Part shown: piece by piece, positions 1 to 10,800 of the stretch
Layout: each line of letters opens with the position of its first letter
Position numbering within the stretch: position 1 is the stretch's first letter
Sequence record: NZ_CP041047.1
Origin: a plasmid
Strand: one strand, 5' to 3'
Length of the DNA: 64,000 nt
Program-made: the position numbers and the translations under genes
The notes under the pieces: generated by a model
Databases searched by the model: none
What the model saw: the letters and a program-made list of their open reading frames with translations, nothing else
What the model was told of the DNA's origin: nothing

Positions 1-398
1 TATACTAGTTTGAGAGAGTGTTTTTTGGGGTAAAATGAAGGTTTAAAATGCATATTTAAGTGAAATTCTTTCTTGTTCTTAAGTCAAATTTTAACGGGAT
101 GCCACCTTGAAAAATCCCCACAGCATTCCTTAACTCACGTCTCCTTAACTTGCCTGTCCAGTATATATACTCCGTCAAATTCCCAGGCGGAAAGCCTATC
201 TAAAAGCGTTGTCCTCACAAATTATCATCTAATTTACCCAGTCTAATTTAAGTTAGGGGTTGATGATTTTAAGGCTAGATTTAGCCATATATAGTGTCAT
301 GTTTCATGCAGCATTTATGTACATAACGGACATCTTAAGCGTCCAAATCTAGCCATTATTAACGTCAAAAATGGGGGCGTTTTGCCGATAAAAAAAAT

Positions 399-423
399 GG
401 TATTCAATTATCGTTTGAATACC
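399..423. promoter_or_regulatory. Perfect 9-bp inverted repeat GGTATTCAA-n7-TTGAATACC about 140 bp upstream of parM. Candidate operator or parC-like centromere element.
   Basis: Palindrome read directly. Nearby inverted copies ctagattt (about 272) and aaatctag (about 345). Confidence 0.3.
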
Positions 424-562
424 ATGTAACAACTTGTTAACGGTTTATTCCCGACGTTGGCAGGGGGAGGCCACCTTTCATTACGTTAGTGCGACCCCCT
501 TTTTTGGCGCTCAAATGTTATCGGAGTGGCAGTAATTCATTTTTAACTTGCAGGGTTAACGA

Positions 563-1585
563 ATGAGCAATGACAAATTGGTTGTCTGCGGAATTGATAT
601 TGGGTACAGCAATGTAAAAATTGCTGTCGGGGATCCAGCGGATGACAAACCCACAGTCAGTATTTATCCGGCCTACGCAACGAATGAGGCTGTAGAAGAT
701 GTGCGGCTGGTAAAGCGTAACTGCGAACACGAAGTGCTTGTCTACCCAGGCGGTAAAGAATGGCGGGCTTTTACCGAACGCCCCGATGCACGGGAGTTGC
801 ATGACCGTTACCACATGACAGAAATGTACCTGGCGCTATATCTGGCCTCACTGGATAAAATAGCCGCTAAATCTGGCAATGACATCGATCTGGTAGTAAC
901 AGGTTTACCTGTTCGTCTAGCCAACGATAGCGAACGCGCAAAACTTACCGCTAGGCTCACCGGGACGTTTACCATTGCGCCTGGAAAAACAGTGACTGTT
1001 AAAAAATGCCTTGTTCTTCAGCAGGGCGTAGGTGTCATCAATGACATCGTTAACAGACCAGGCCTTATCAGCCAGGAAGAGTTAGAGAAGGCGACTATTC
1101 TCGTGGTTGACCCAGGCTTCTTCTCGATGGACTACATCGCCTTTAAGAGCGGGAGCCGGGTATCAGGCTCTTCAGGTTCATCACTAAAAGCAACCAGTGC
1201 AATTATTGAAAGCATTGTGAATCGCCTTAATGCCGTTAACCCGGAAGAGCGTATCGATGATTTACCAGAAATCATTGAAATCGCTCTCCGTAACAATGAA
1301 CCATCTTTCTTTAATGGGTTCCGCCACATTCCCCTACGCCCTCTGCTTGAAGAAGCAATTCCCTCCATCGCCAGTGATGTAGTCAAAGAGTTGCGAAAAT
1401 CGACAAGGGTTCTTGGGCCAGTCCATATCATTGCAGCTGCCGGTGGTGGGACTGGTTTCTATGAACAGACTATTCGTGAGGAATTCCCCCGAGCCAGGAT
1501 CGTATCGAGCCCGTTGCCTGTTGCCAGTAATGCTATCGGTTTCTGGAACTATGGCGTTGACTTGATGCTTTACGGTGACGATTGA
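563..1585 (+). CDS. parM: Actin-like (ASKHA) plasmid segregation ATPase of the ParM/StbA type
   Basis: N-terminal GIDIGYSNVK (phosphate-1 DxGxxxxK), VVDPGFFSMDY (phosphate-2) and AAAGGGTG (adenosine motif). Followed by a small RHH-like partner gene with a 4-nt overlap. Confidence 0.65.
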   Translation: MSNDKLVVCGIDIGYSNVKIAVGDPADDKPTVSIYPAYATNEAVEDVRLVKRNCEHEVLVYPGGKEWRAFTERPDARELHDRYHMTEMYLALYLASLDKIAAKSGNDIDLVVTGLPVRLANDSERAKLTARLTGTFTIAPGKTVTVKKCLVLQQGVGVINDIVNRPGLISQEELEKATILVVDPGFFSMDYIAFKSGSRVSGSSGSSLKATSAIIESIVNRLNAVNPEERIDDLPEIIEIALRNNEPSFFNGFRHIPLRPLLEEAIPSIASDVVKELRKSTRVLGPVHIIAAAGGGTGFYEQTIREEFPRARIVSSPLPVASNAIGFWNYGVDLMLYGDD

Positions 1586-2130
1586 GCAAAGGGGGGTTCA
1601 TGCAAGTTCGAGTGACGATTAATCCAATACTGTTTCCAGAGCTGATTAATTATCTGGAATCAAAACCGTCTGGCCAGCGTAGTAGTTCTCTATTGGCGCT
1701 GGCGAACCGAGCATTGCTAGCGGGTGACAATTTTATACCCGGTGTCGTCCGTGAGACTTCAAAAAAACGTAAATCAGAACAGAAGAAATCAGTCCGTGGG
1801 CCGAATATAGAAAAGGAGACTGGTCTGATGACTAGTCAAAGAGACGGCCACTTACCCAAAGAAAATGAGGACAAGGAACCAAAATTTCGTCACGTGGTTA
1901 GCGACGATATAGTCAATACAGGCCCGCCGTTTGGTGAGGGCGATGATATTCAGCATCTCGAAGTAAACGATGGACAGTTATCGACGGCGAACCTAATCAG
2001 TCAGCCTGAGCTTACTGGAAACGAACCGGAGCCCAATCCCGGAGATAAATCGGGTTTTGGGGAGGCAGGTAACAATCAAGGTAGCGGCGTTAATGTAAAG
2101 GGTACACCAAGGCGTGTACGCATAAGTTGA
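1582..2130 (+). CDS. parR: ParR-like centromere-binding adaptor. Basic N-terminus, acidic disordered C-terminus.
   Basis: Translationally coupled to parM. N-terminal RHH-like region followed by an acidic tail. No sequence identity claimed. Confidence 0.4.
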   Translation: MSKGGFMQVRVTINPILFPELINYLESKPSGQRSSSLLALANRALLAGDNFIPGVVRETSKKRKSEQKKSVRGPNIEKETGLMTSQRDGHLPKENEDKEPKFRHVVSDDIVNTGPPFGEGDDIQHLEVNDGQLSTANLISQPELTGNEPEPNPGDKSGFGEAGNNQGSGVNVKGTPRRVRIS

Positions 2131-2146
2131 TGCCATCGTAGGGTTA

Positions 2147-2722
2147 GTGGGGAGGGGGGAAATGCAGAAAGCAACGAAGAGTTTGGTGCTCGCTTTACTA
2201 TGTGCTGCTTACTGCACGAGTTCGAACGCCAGGCTTGTAGATCTTCGTGGCACTTCCTGGGAAAAACATTCCCAGAAAGAGTGTGGTCTCGATCCGTACC
2301 TTCTCTACGCGGTGGCACTCACCGAGAGTAAAAAAAATGCAGGAACCAAGGGGTATGTTGTTCCGAGCCCCTGGGCATTGAACAACTATGTTTATGGGTC
2401 GTATTACCCGACAAGTTATGAAGATGCCAAGAGAGCGCTAGCCCGCTACCTCTCTGCCACTCCGGTAACAGATATTGGAATCGTTCAAATTAATTTTCGT
2501 TGGAACGGACAGTATGTTAACCATCCTGAAGAACTCTTGGATATCGATACAAACATCCGAATCGGGGCAAAGACTTTGTGTGCGGCCATCAAAGCTAACC
2601 CTGGTGATATAGAACTGGCGATAGGTGGATACAACACTCAAAACCCTAAGTTGGAAGGCAAGGCTCGTGAATATGGTCAGCGCGTATTACGCGTATGGAA
2701 GAGGCTTATCGAAAATGATTAA
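2147..2722 (+). CDS. Periplasmic lytic transglycosylase (P19/Orf169/VirB1-like), signal peptide
   Basis: Signal peptide. TES...GIVQIN motif typical of Slt-domain transfer-associated transglycosylases. Confidence 0.65.
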   Translation: MGRGEMQKATKSLVLALLCAAYCTSSNARLVDLRGTSWEKHSQKECGLDPYLLYAVALTESKKNAGTKGYVVPSPWALNNYVYGSYYPTSYEDAKRALARYLSATPVTDIGIVQINFRWNGQYVNHPEELLDIDTNIRIGAKTLCAAIKANPGDIELAIGGYNTQNPKLEGKAREYGQRVLRVWKRLIEND

Positions 2723-3245
2723 TCAAAATTTGTATTTTCTACAGACTGCCATCTCAATTATTACCCGTGCGCAATCGTTGTATAAAAGCCCTTTTGAGTT
2801 AGCAGAAGGAGACCGGGAGTTCTTGATTGAGAAAACTAATCAGGCAAAGCTCGCACTATCGATGGAGAAGTATGACTTGCCCATCTTTAATATCTGTCAT
2901 GATCCTGAACGCAAGATTTCTACTGAGGTAGAAAAATTCGTTCGCCATGACTCATACATCCTGCGGCTTGCTCTGCTGGTATTCAGTATTCGTGTTTTCA
3001 TTAATACAGGTACTGTCGCCCAAACATTCTACTGGTTTGATAATGAAAAAACCGTCCAGCTTGTCGAACGTATGGATGATGCACAGACAATTGATGCAAT
3101 CATAACCGGCAAAATATATTTTAAACCTATTCGTCCATTTGCCGATTTAGTAGATTGTGACTTCAGTACAGTTATTGGAGCCCCCAACCCAACCTTGGAA
3201 TTAACAGGCTACTTACAGTCGCGCTATTCTCATTGGAGTAATTGA
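2718..3245 (+). CDS. Hypothetical protein, possibly an FlhD-like (SetD/AcaD-type) activator subunit. The listed ORF starts at 2625; the likely start is ATG 2718, which overlaps the upstream stop.
   Basis: Position immediately upstream of, and coupled to, the FlhC-like gene. N-terminus MINQNLYFLQTAISIITRAQ is vaguely FlhD-like. Weak. Confidence 0.25.
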   Translation: MNQNLYFLQTAISIITRAQSLYKSPFELAEGDREFLIEKTNQAKLALSMEKYDLPIFNICHDPERKISTEVEKFVRHDSYILRLALLVFSIRVFINTGTVAQTFYWFDNEKTVQLVERMDDAQTIDAIITGKIYFKPIRPFADLVDCDFSTVIGAPNPTLELTGYLQSRYSHWSN

Positions 3246-3778
3246 TTATGAAGGCTGCTCTTGTCCGGGATGAAGATAAATTTGCGTTAACACAAAAAAT
3301 GGTAAAATTAGGGTTTCGTCGAAAAATCATTGTGCATTCGCTTAATGCGAGTGACCGCGTTATTGATTTTTTGCGTAAAGAGTTCCATCTGAGTGATGTA
3401 TCGATCGGACGGCTTAAACATTCAGAAACGCTGCTCAACACGACACATAAAAAAGTTGAAGCAACCAATTTTATGAGTATCTATCTGCGACGTTCGAAAG
3501 ACCCAAACAACAGCGACAACATCGTTGATGTGGTTAGTGCGTTCGAAATTTACCGGGAACTAAATCTAAAATTCCGCCCGGAAGAAGCTTCAAAAGTGAT
3601 GATTGATGCCAATGAGGCCTGGACTCTTGCGCGTGATTTTCGGGCCGAAGAAATACGCATGGTAAGGTGTTTCCGTTGCGACCTTTCATTTATTTCTCCG
3701 CAGAGTTGTGACCGTCCACGGAAAAAACATATTTGTCCGTTCTGCTCTGATGCAGAAGCTGAAAATGAAAGCTCGTAA
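3242..3778 (+). CDS. FlhC-like transcriptional activator (SetC/AcaC-type master activator of transfer genes)
   Basis: C-terminal AWTLARDFRAEEIRMVRCFRCDL...C..C....CPFC matches the FlhC Zn-binding C-terminus (AWTLVRFV...CNCC...CSLC). Confidence 0.55.
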   Translation: MIMKAALVRDEDKFALTQKMVKLGFRRKIIVHSLNASDRVIDFLRKEFHLSDVSIGRLKHSETLLNTTHKKVEATNFMSIYLRRSKDPNNSDNIVDVVSAFEIYRELNLKFRPEEASKVMIDANEAWTLARDFRAEEIRMVRCFRCDLSFISPQSCDRPRKKHICPFCSDAEAENESS

Positions 3779-3798
3779 GTGACTAAGCTAAATTTCAT

Positions 3799-3827
3799 AA
3801 AAAAGCCCGTTTTAACGGGTTTTTTTA
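3799..3827 (+). terminator. Rho-independent terminator after the parM-flhC-like operon
   Basis: gcccgttttaacgggc hairpin followed by a T-run. Confidence 0.6.
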
Positions 3828-3905
3828 TTACCTGGGTACTTCGTCACCTGAATGAGTCGGGTTAGTATTGAATAACAAACCTACTGGTGTCCCAAGGAAA
3901 ATAAA

Positions 3906-4676
3906 ATGAAGAAAATCTCTGGTCTTGCTTTGGTGTCGTTGATGTTGGTTGGTTGTGCGGCTTCTCAACCCCCGGCTATGCCGGTGGACTCCAATCCATC
4001 TGATGCGTTGAAATTTGCCCGAGCGATGGATTTACGTCAAATTACCGATGCTGGCGATCAATATCTTATCTATAACGGGTTTTTATCCAATGGCCAGATT
4101 GTTCCTCTTAAATCACCGGTTAAAGCTGGTGAAAATGGAGTGGCTAACAGTGGCGGTAATGGGTTGGCAGATGTTGCAGCTGGCTTCGCTACACACACAT
4201 CATTCATTCCGGTTCTGTCTGTCTTAACGGCCCGGCGAGCAGCTGCTATTAGTGATGGCATTGTACGTGTCGCGTCGTGGAACGGTAAATCTCAGGAAGA
4301 TAATGAGCGCGAGGTCAACACTATACTCTGGAATACGCTGACCCGAATGGACGGATACAAAGTAGGGGGAGTGTGCGAGGGTAAAGGTGGTGCTGTTGAA
4401 ATTCTTGTTCGCCGGAAAGCAACAAACGGCGATTGGTTATCGTATGCCGATATTGCCCCAACGTTGCCTAAACCACCTATCAACGTCAGCGGTCACGCGA
4501 CATTCATACTCGGTAATGAATGTTTCAATCTCTATGCAACCCGAGTTTCAAATGTGAAACTGGTTAAAGCAATGAGTAAAGAACTGGGCGCTCAACGAGC
4601 TCTATTCTTGCCTGGTTCCCCTGAGCATGAGCCGATGGTGTTCAGCGACGGCAAGCAGTACCTGTTCAGGAAATAA
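3906..4676 (+). CDS. Lipoprotein of unknown function (LVGC lipobox)
   Basis: Signal peptide with MLVGCAAS. Confidence 0.4.
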   Translation: MKKISGLALVSLMLVGCAASQPPAMPVDSNPSDALKFARAMDLRQITDAGDQYLIYNGFLSNGQIVPLKSPVKAGENGVANSGGNGLADVAAGFATHTSFIPVLSVLTARRAAAISDGIVRVASWNGKSQEDNEREVNTILWNTLTRMDGYKVGGVCEGKGGAVEILVRRKATNGDWLSYADIAPTLPKPPINVSGHATFILGNECFNLYATRVSNVKLVKAMSKELGAQRALFLPGSPEHEPMVFSDGKQYLFRK

Positions 4677-4710
4677 AAAAAAGCCCCGACATAAAATCGG
4701 GGCTTTTTAT
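4671..4710. terminator. Bidirectional rho-independent terminator between the lipoprotein gene and traN
   Basis: A-run, gccccga...tcggggc hairpin, T-run. Confidence 0.6.
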
Positions 4711-4719
4711 TTGCCAAGG

Positions 4720-7377
4720 CTATTGAGTCTTCAGTACGGCCTCTGTACTTGATTTTGCAGCGTCTACATCAATGCTGTTAACACCGCTCTGGAAACGCTC
4801 CAGAGTGTTCTGGCGTGAGCCATCGATATTCAACACGCTTCCTTTACCGGTTATCTTATCCAGATTTATCTCGGAAGCTTTTGGGAGAAGTTTTGCCTCG
4901 TAAAGTGAGCCAATCCATTCTGATAAGTCGATTTTATTAAAATCGATCCGACCAAATTCTTCTAATGTCAGAGCTCTACAATCTGGGTTCTTTTTATCAC
5001 CCCAGCCGATACCTAGCATTGGTCTTCCTTGCTCCTGAATAATGCGACCGATCTGCGAATCAAATGTGCAATAACTTGATCGTTTCTCGATACAGACACC
5101 CAGGAACTTTGTTTCACACCAACTGGATATATGCACGGCTAGTTTAGTTTCTTTCTTGACGGCCAGCTTAAATTCATCAGAAGTACAAGCCCAGATGATG
5201 TTAACCAGAATGTTGGCAATCTGATAGGCCATATAAGCGTACCCAACAACGGATATAGCGGAGACTATTGTGGACGACAATTGCACAGATGTTGCCAAGC
5301 CTGATGACGTTACAGCGGCCCCTCCTTCAAAAGCCGCACTTTCAAAAAGCATATTTGTTGCCGCAGGGCCGAAGGTGTCAAGCGTCCACTGAGCAACCTG
5401 TTTAGTCAGCGCTCCGATAGCCTGATTCATTAATCCAGACAACCCAGCTTCTGTAGCTTGCTGAGCGGCTTCAGTGCCTGCCGTACCTACCAGACTGTTG
5501 AATGCCGAAATTGCAGGACGGGTAATTGTATCGATGGCATTAGTCATGAGCTCGGAACCCATATCAAAAATGCCTTTCCCTTGTTCGAACATACCGGCTT
5601 TAACCGCGACAGCATCTGCAATTTTCAGGGTGTAATAAGATAACTGCAAATACTGAATCCAGTTGACATCTACAGGTTGATCGCAACAATCCACCCAACC
5701 GCCCATAGCCGATTTACATTGAGCTGACTCACCCTTGAAAAGAGTACATGAGCGGTTCGTTTCATCAGTATCATCGCCGCACTTCATTTCATTCAATGCG
5801 TAAGTTGCGGCCTGAAGGGTTGCAACTGCTTTATTGAAATCACCGCTGGGTTCTGTTGATGGCTGAAGGCAAGAACCATTCAGGCACTGAACTGCACCAG
5901 GGCACACATAAGTATCAGTGGCAGAGGTATTGGGTACGACGACATCTGTTCCGCAATCCCAAACTTCTGTAGCCTGCCAGCATCCGTTTTTGTCCCCCTC
6001 AGCACCAGTAATGCAGGTGGATTTGATGAACTTACATGCGGTATCAGCATCATACTGCTTACAGGTGTTGTTAACACCAGCGTCAGTCCCACAGTTAGAA
6101 ACCACGGTAGCCGATTTGCAGAACGGGGATAGGCCACTGATAGGTGGCTTAGCAAGCTGACTTTCGCATATACGAGCACCATTAATTGTTGCGCATCCAT
6201 TAGCATCAGGCGTGACAGTTTCGCGGCAGGTGACCGTATAGTTCTGGCAATAACCGGCGTTTATGGCTTTCAGCAACGTATCGAATTGTTCCGGTTTATC
6301 GACAGTCCATTCGTTATCCGAAATGATCTTGCTCGGGTCGAAGTTAATATAGATAAGAGCATAACCTTCGCCACTGCCGGTTACCGACACTCGGTTTTTG
6401 AAATTAAGAACTCCATTCATGGGAGTGTTTCGAATTTGCGCAGTGACATCTACATTAATTGACTGATCCCAACTGGTGCTAAGTTCACACTTTCCAGCTG
6501 TTTCGGGGGGGAACGTACCAGTACCGTATGGCCCACCCCATACAAGGCTAGCTCGGTCTGTTCCGCCGACGTAAATTTGCATATAGTCATCCCATTTTGC
6601 CCTGACTATCCTGGCGCTGGTGACTGCCTGCGGATTGTAAACGGTGACAGCCATTGCCTGTTCGAAAATCTTACAATTGCCGTCCCAGTAGTTATCCCCA
6701 ACAGTGCCGAGCCAGAGCTCGATACAGTTAGTCCCGCAGGAACCGATGTTTGCAGCCCCGCTATAATGCGAAAGCATACCGGCTACGTAAGGATGGTAGA
6801 GAGTAAATGTGCCGCTAACACTCGTGGTACGGGTACATTCCCGGTAGTCAGGAATGTGATTAACGGTATCTTTGTTGGTCATGGTGCGCGTCATTGAGCA
6901 GTCACCAAGATCCTGCATGTATTTATCCTGATTTTCCAGGAAGTCTTTGTGGCCATCAAAGATGGAATCGTCGGGCTTAAGGTTTGCCGTAGTTTTCGTC
7001 GAGCCCACCAGCGTTCGATAAGCTTCACCGCGAAGAGAATCTTCTGTTTTCAGATTGGCGTTGGTCGTGTTGCCAAGTTTTAACGTGTTGCTGTCATCCC
7101 CGAATGTACCTGTCAGGCTATCCAGTGAAGTTGATGAACCCTGATTTGGGTAAGCCGAGTTCAGGTCAACGGCCTGGCCTTTTCCATACTGAACCGTACC
7201 ATTTGACGTAGCTGATACCTGCGGAAGTGTTTTGTAGAAATTGGTAGCTGATGTGACGTTTTCCTGGGTCGTAGCGGAAAAGGCATACGGCACGTAGGAT
7301 ACAACACCAAGGTGACATAACATCGTAATTGTGCAGAGTGGTCTGTAAAACCATTTTTTTCGGAAAAGGTTTTTCAT
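4720..7377 (-). CDS. traN: TraN/TrhN cysteine-rich outer-membrane mating-pair stabilisation protein
   Basis: 885 aa, signal peptide, more than 40 Cys in the C-terminal half. Sits next to traG/H/F. Confidence 0.7.
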   Translation of the reverse strand: MKNLFRKKWFYRPLCTITMLCHLGVVSYVPYAFSATTQENVTSATNFYKTLPQVSATSNGTVQYGKGQAVDLNSAYPNQGSSTSLDSLTGTFGDDSNTLKLGNTTNANLKTEDSLRGEAYRTLVGSTKTTANLKPDDSIFDGHKDFLENQDKYMQDLGDCSMTRTMTNKDTVNHIPDYRECTRTTSVSGTFTLYHPYVAGMLSHYSGAANIGSCGTNCIELWLGTVGDNYWDGNCKIFEQAMAVTVYNPQAVTSARIVRAKWDDYMQIYVGGTDRASLVWGGPYGTGTFPPETAGKCELSTSWDQSINVDVTAQIRNTPMNGVLNFKNRVSVTGSGEGYALIYINFDPSKIISDNEWTVDKPEQFDTLLKAINAGYCQNYTVTCRETVTPDANGCATINGARICESQLAKPPISGLSPFCKSATVVSNCGTDAGVNNTCKQYDADTACKFIKSTCITGAEGDKNGCWQATEVWDCGTDVVVPNTSATDTYVCPGAVQCLNGSCLQPSTEPSGDFNKAVATLQAATYALNEMKCGDDTDETNRSCTLFKGESAQCKSAMGGWVDCCDQPVDVNWIQYLQLSYYTLKIADAVAVKAGMFEQGKGIFDMGSELMTNAIDTITRPAISAFNSLVGTAGTEAAQQATEAGLSGLMNQAIGALTKQVAQWTLDTFGPAATNMLFESAAFEGGAAVTSSGLATSVQLSSTIVSAISVVGYAYMAYQIANILVNIIWACTSDEFKLAVKKETKLAVHISSWCETKFLGVCIEKRSSYCTFDSQIGRIIQEQGRPMLGIGWGDKKNPDCRALTLEEFGRIDFNKIDLSEWIGSLYEAKLLPKASEINLDKITGKGSVLNIDGSRQNTLERFQSGVNSIDVDAAKSSTEAVLKTQ

Positions 7378-7575
7378 TCTATGATCACCTTTGTCGTGGT
7401 TACTGATTATGAAGTCAAAGATCTCGATAACTAAATTTCGTCAGCCAGCATTTCTATGCGAAGCTACTAAAATGAAGGATTAAGCAGGCAGCGTATTAAA
7501 CAGACTGGTTTCAGACAATAAAGAAGGACGGCAAAACGAGGGTGTTTTCTGCGTTCTGATTATTACCGACTGGAG

Positions 7576-7779
7576 GTGCTTATGGACATGTTTGGTATAA
7601 CGGGCCTTATCCCATTATCGGGGCCAAGCGATTCAGATTATGGCGGTGGAAATGGTCGAAGAGGCCGTGGAAGAAAAGGGCGGACGGCCAAAAGTAAATG
7701 TGAGCGAATGTGGGAGTTTTATATTCTGTTCTATTCTTTATTGAGCCTTCCTGTTGTTTATATGTTTGCCACTACGTAA
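7576..7779 (+). CDS. Small protein with C-terminal TM helix. Candidate entry-exclusion (Eex-like) protein.
   Basis: 67 aa, Arg/Gly-rich, C-terminal hydrophobic helix. Located between traG and traN on the opposite strand. Confidence 0.2.
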   Translation: MLMDMFGITGLIPLSGPSDSDYGGGNGRRGRGRKGRTAKSKCERMWEFYILFYSLLSLPVVYMFATT

Positions 7780-7810
7780 AAGCCCCGCCAGGCTGGCAGG
7801 GCTTTATTAC
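7778..7810. terminator. Hairpin terminator downstream of traG and of the 67-aa ORF
   Basis: agccccgccaggctggcagggct hairpin followed by T-rich sequence. Confidence 0.45.
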
Positions 7811-7813
7811 GAA

Positions 7814-10800
7814 TCACTTTTTCGATGAAATAATCATGTCATCGTTTCCGCCGCTATGGCCACCTTTACCTTCCTTATGTCGCGGATGAACCGGGACATA
7901 CTCCTGATGCGATTGAGTAGTTCGTGCAGGTGGCGGATCACTGAACATTGTACCTCCGTTATTTGAATCGCTATGGCCACCAGCACCGTGGGCATTAACG
8001 GTCATAGTTTCAGCTTCGCCATATCCCTGGTTGTGGGTTCCCATCGCATAGGGAACACCATCGCCTACAGAAGAACCTCCATTAGATGCCTGATGCATTC
8101 CTCCAAGGTTATTGGCCATACCTCCGGTGTTATATTCATGCGTCTGACGATCTGTATTCAAAGCAGTTGTAGCCTGCTGAATAATGGATCCATCATTTGC
8201 TGAACGGTCTAAACCGGCATTATCAATACGGGCAGCAATACCACGGGCAAGGGATGTATTCCCGCCAGAAACGGTTCCATTGTTATTTTCCCCACCTGTC
8301 GCAAGTTGAATACGAGCCATCATGTCACTGCGGGCCTGGGTAAGTTGTTGTTCAGATGCACCAGCTTTGGTCATCGCGTAGTAATTCACAATGGAATCTC
8401 GCGCTGCTTCGCGGTTTGCATCACCACCCAACGGAATTTCTCCGGCGATTGATTTGGCCTGGTTATGCACCTGCTCATAAACCGGGCTTTCCTTGAACGC
8501 ATTGCTGACATGAGAAACGAGCTTGTTAAAGTCTCCAGTGATACCGCCGAGATTATAGTGGTTGTTTTCGAAGTCATTCGCGGCGGTGTTACCCGCTTTA
8601 GTCATGACTTCACCTTGATTTCCTTTATGAATTTGATCAACTGCACCGCTATTCTGTCCACCGACAGTATTAACCTGGCCTTGCCCATAACCATCTGACG
8701 ATGAAGCATGTGCATCACCCAACGCACCGTAAGAACGGCCAGTTACAGCATTTACCGAGTTACTAACGTCCGCTGCACCAGCAACTGCCCGGCCACCTGC
8801 ACTTTCAGCTCCGCCACTCACTCCACGGTATTGCTCAGATGCGGTTGTGGTCAACGCTGGGCTGGAGTCAGCGTTAATGAACCCGGCTTTGGCTGCTACT
8901 GCACCTGCTAAACCAAGTTCACTGGCTGCTTTGAATTGCGCAAAGGTATGTGCATCTTCGTGAGTCATACCTAAAGAGGTCAGGCTCGCTGCATCACCGG
9001 CGATTTTGCTGGATAGTTCAGGGTGCGCCGCGAGGGTTTGAGTCAATGTTGCTTGTGCATCATGGTTACGACCAATAGCCGTAGCAAGTTGCGCTGCGTT
9101 CATTGTCTGGCCCATTGAGGTACTTGAAGCAAACAAGTTTGCTTCCTGGAAATTCTTTTGTGCGGACTGCATTCTTTGATTTGCCTCAGCAAAAGAACGA
9201 GTCGACTGAGAACTTTCTCCTTCTTGCGATAAGGACTGGTACATCGCACTTGCTGCCGTGTTGACGATGCGTGACTGGGTAGCGCTGTCGACTTTATGCG
9301 ATGTGGCACTGTCCGTAGAACCGTACTTAGCGCTGTTGTCATTACTCAGCCCACTGCTTTCTGCCTCTGAACGAGACATACCACCCTTAACGCCTACACC
9401 ACCGCTTGGGCTTCCAAATCCCCCACCGACGCTCGCATCGCTTTTGGCTATTGATACAAGCGCCTGCATATCAGAAATTCCTTGTTCTTTAGCTACAGAA
9501 CTAACATAGGCGCGGTCAGAGCTGCTCAAGCTTGCAAATGCTGCGTTTGAAGCATCACTGTAAACCTGCGAATGCCCCCCAGAGTTCATGTTGCTGGCCA
9601 CCTGGCTAATCATTGCGCCGGATTGAGCAGTCAACGAGCTAGAGGCTGCATCAAGTTCCTGCTTAGCACTGGACAGGTTGTGAGTAGCGACCTGTTTCAT
9701 ATCAATGTTTGGGAGAGTGCCAGAAGACCCACCCATGATCGTCCCTTGCGTTGGGTTAAATTCGGCTTCAGAGCCACGGGTATTGATTGGTGGAGCGTTT
9801 GTAACATCCGGCGATAGGGTTTTGGTATCAGCTGCTGAAGGAGCGGCAGCAGAATTGGCCAGCGAGTTAAACGCTACGGAACTGCCCCATACAATGAACC
9901 CACCTAATGCCGGTATCATTCCATATAAATTACCAGCCAGGCCGATGCTTTTTTGAGTCTCGAATAACAGCTGGTATAGCTGGGCAAAACTAAGACCACC
10001 GGAACCCGAACTGACAAGTATTTGGCTTGATGCATCACGGATGCTATTCAACACATACATGTTTACTACAGCTGCCAATGGTAACCATGTCCACGTCCAG
10101 AAGATGACGAGAAAATACTTCATCACCAACCTGATCCCCATAATACCCAGGCCGAAAAGGAAGGCCATGAAAGGGGCAAGGGCGTAAATAATCCCCTGAA
10201 AAATGGGCATGAATGACCCCATCCAGCTTAAAAAGGATGAGCCGGAAGATGACCACTGGAATGCTTGCTGGGTCATTGTCTGCGCACGTGTGACCGCAGC
10301 AGTACCACGAAAGGAACTTTCAAGGCCATACATCGGCATTTCTCTGAATGACGGATACATGACCATCATGAGTTGGAAGTCACGTATATCCGTTCCCATG
10401 ATATTGAAGAAATTTAAAACCTCTTGAGTTTTTCCAGACCCTGAGCATGTAGCGCCACCACACGTGCGCCCAGCTGCGGCATAGGAACGGGCAAAAGATG
10501 CATCGAGAGCCGCTGAGTTCAGAGTAGCCAGGCCTTTGAGCTTCGTATAAGCATCAGCACATGTGTATAAGGAACCACCTTTTGCAGATTCATCAGTTGC
10601 TGTCGACCAACCACTACGGACGTTGTCATAGATAACTACGCGTTGAAATGAGTCATTTGAAGCTAGCCCGGATACCCCTTGATTGGAGCGGTACATTGAA
10701 GCAAACGTTTTTGAACCACGAATTATGTCGTTACCTACACAATTCTTAACATAGTTAGAAATGCTACCATCCAGATCACCATAACCTTCTGTTTCACCAG

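Noticed and set aside
518-814. 98-aa minus-strand ORF overlapping the parM start
   Set aside because: It is antisense to a well-supported ParM N-terminus and has no RBS or context.
7814-9600. Gly/Ser/Ala-rich low-complexity DNA in the traG 3' half
   Set aside because: It is coding low-complexity sequence typical of the TraG C-terminal periplasmic domain, not a repeat element.
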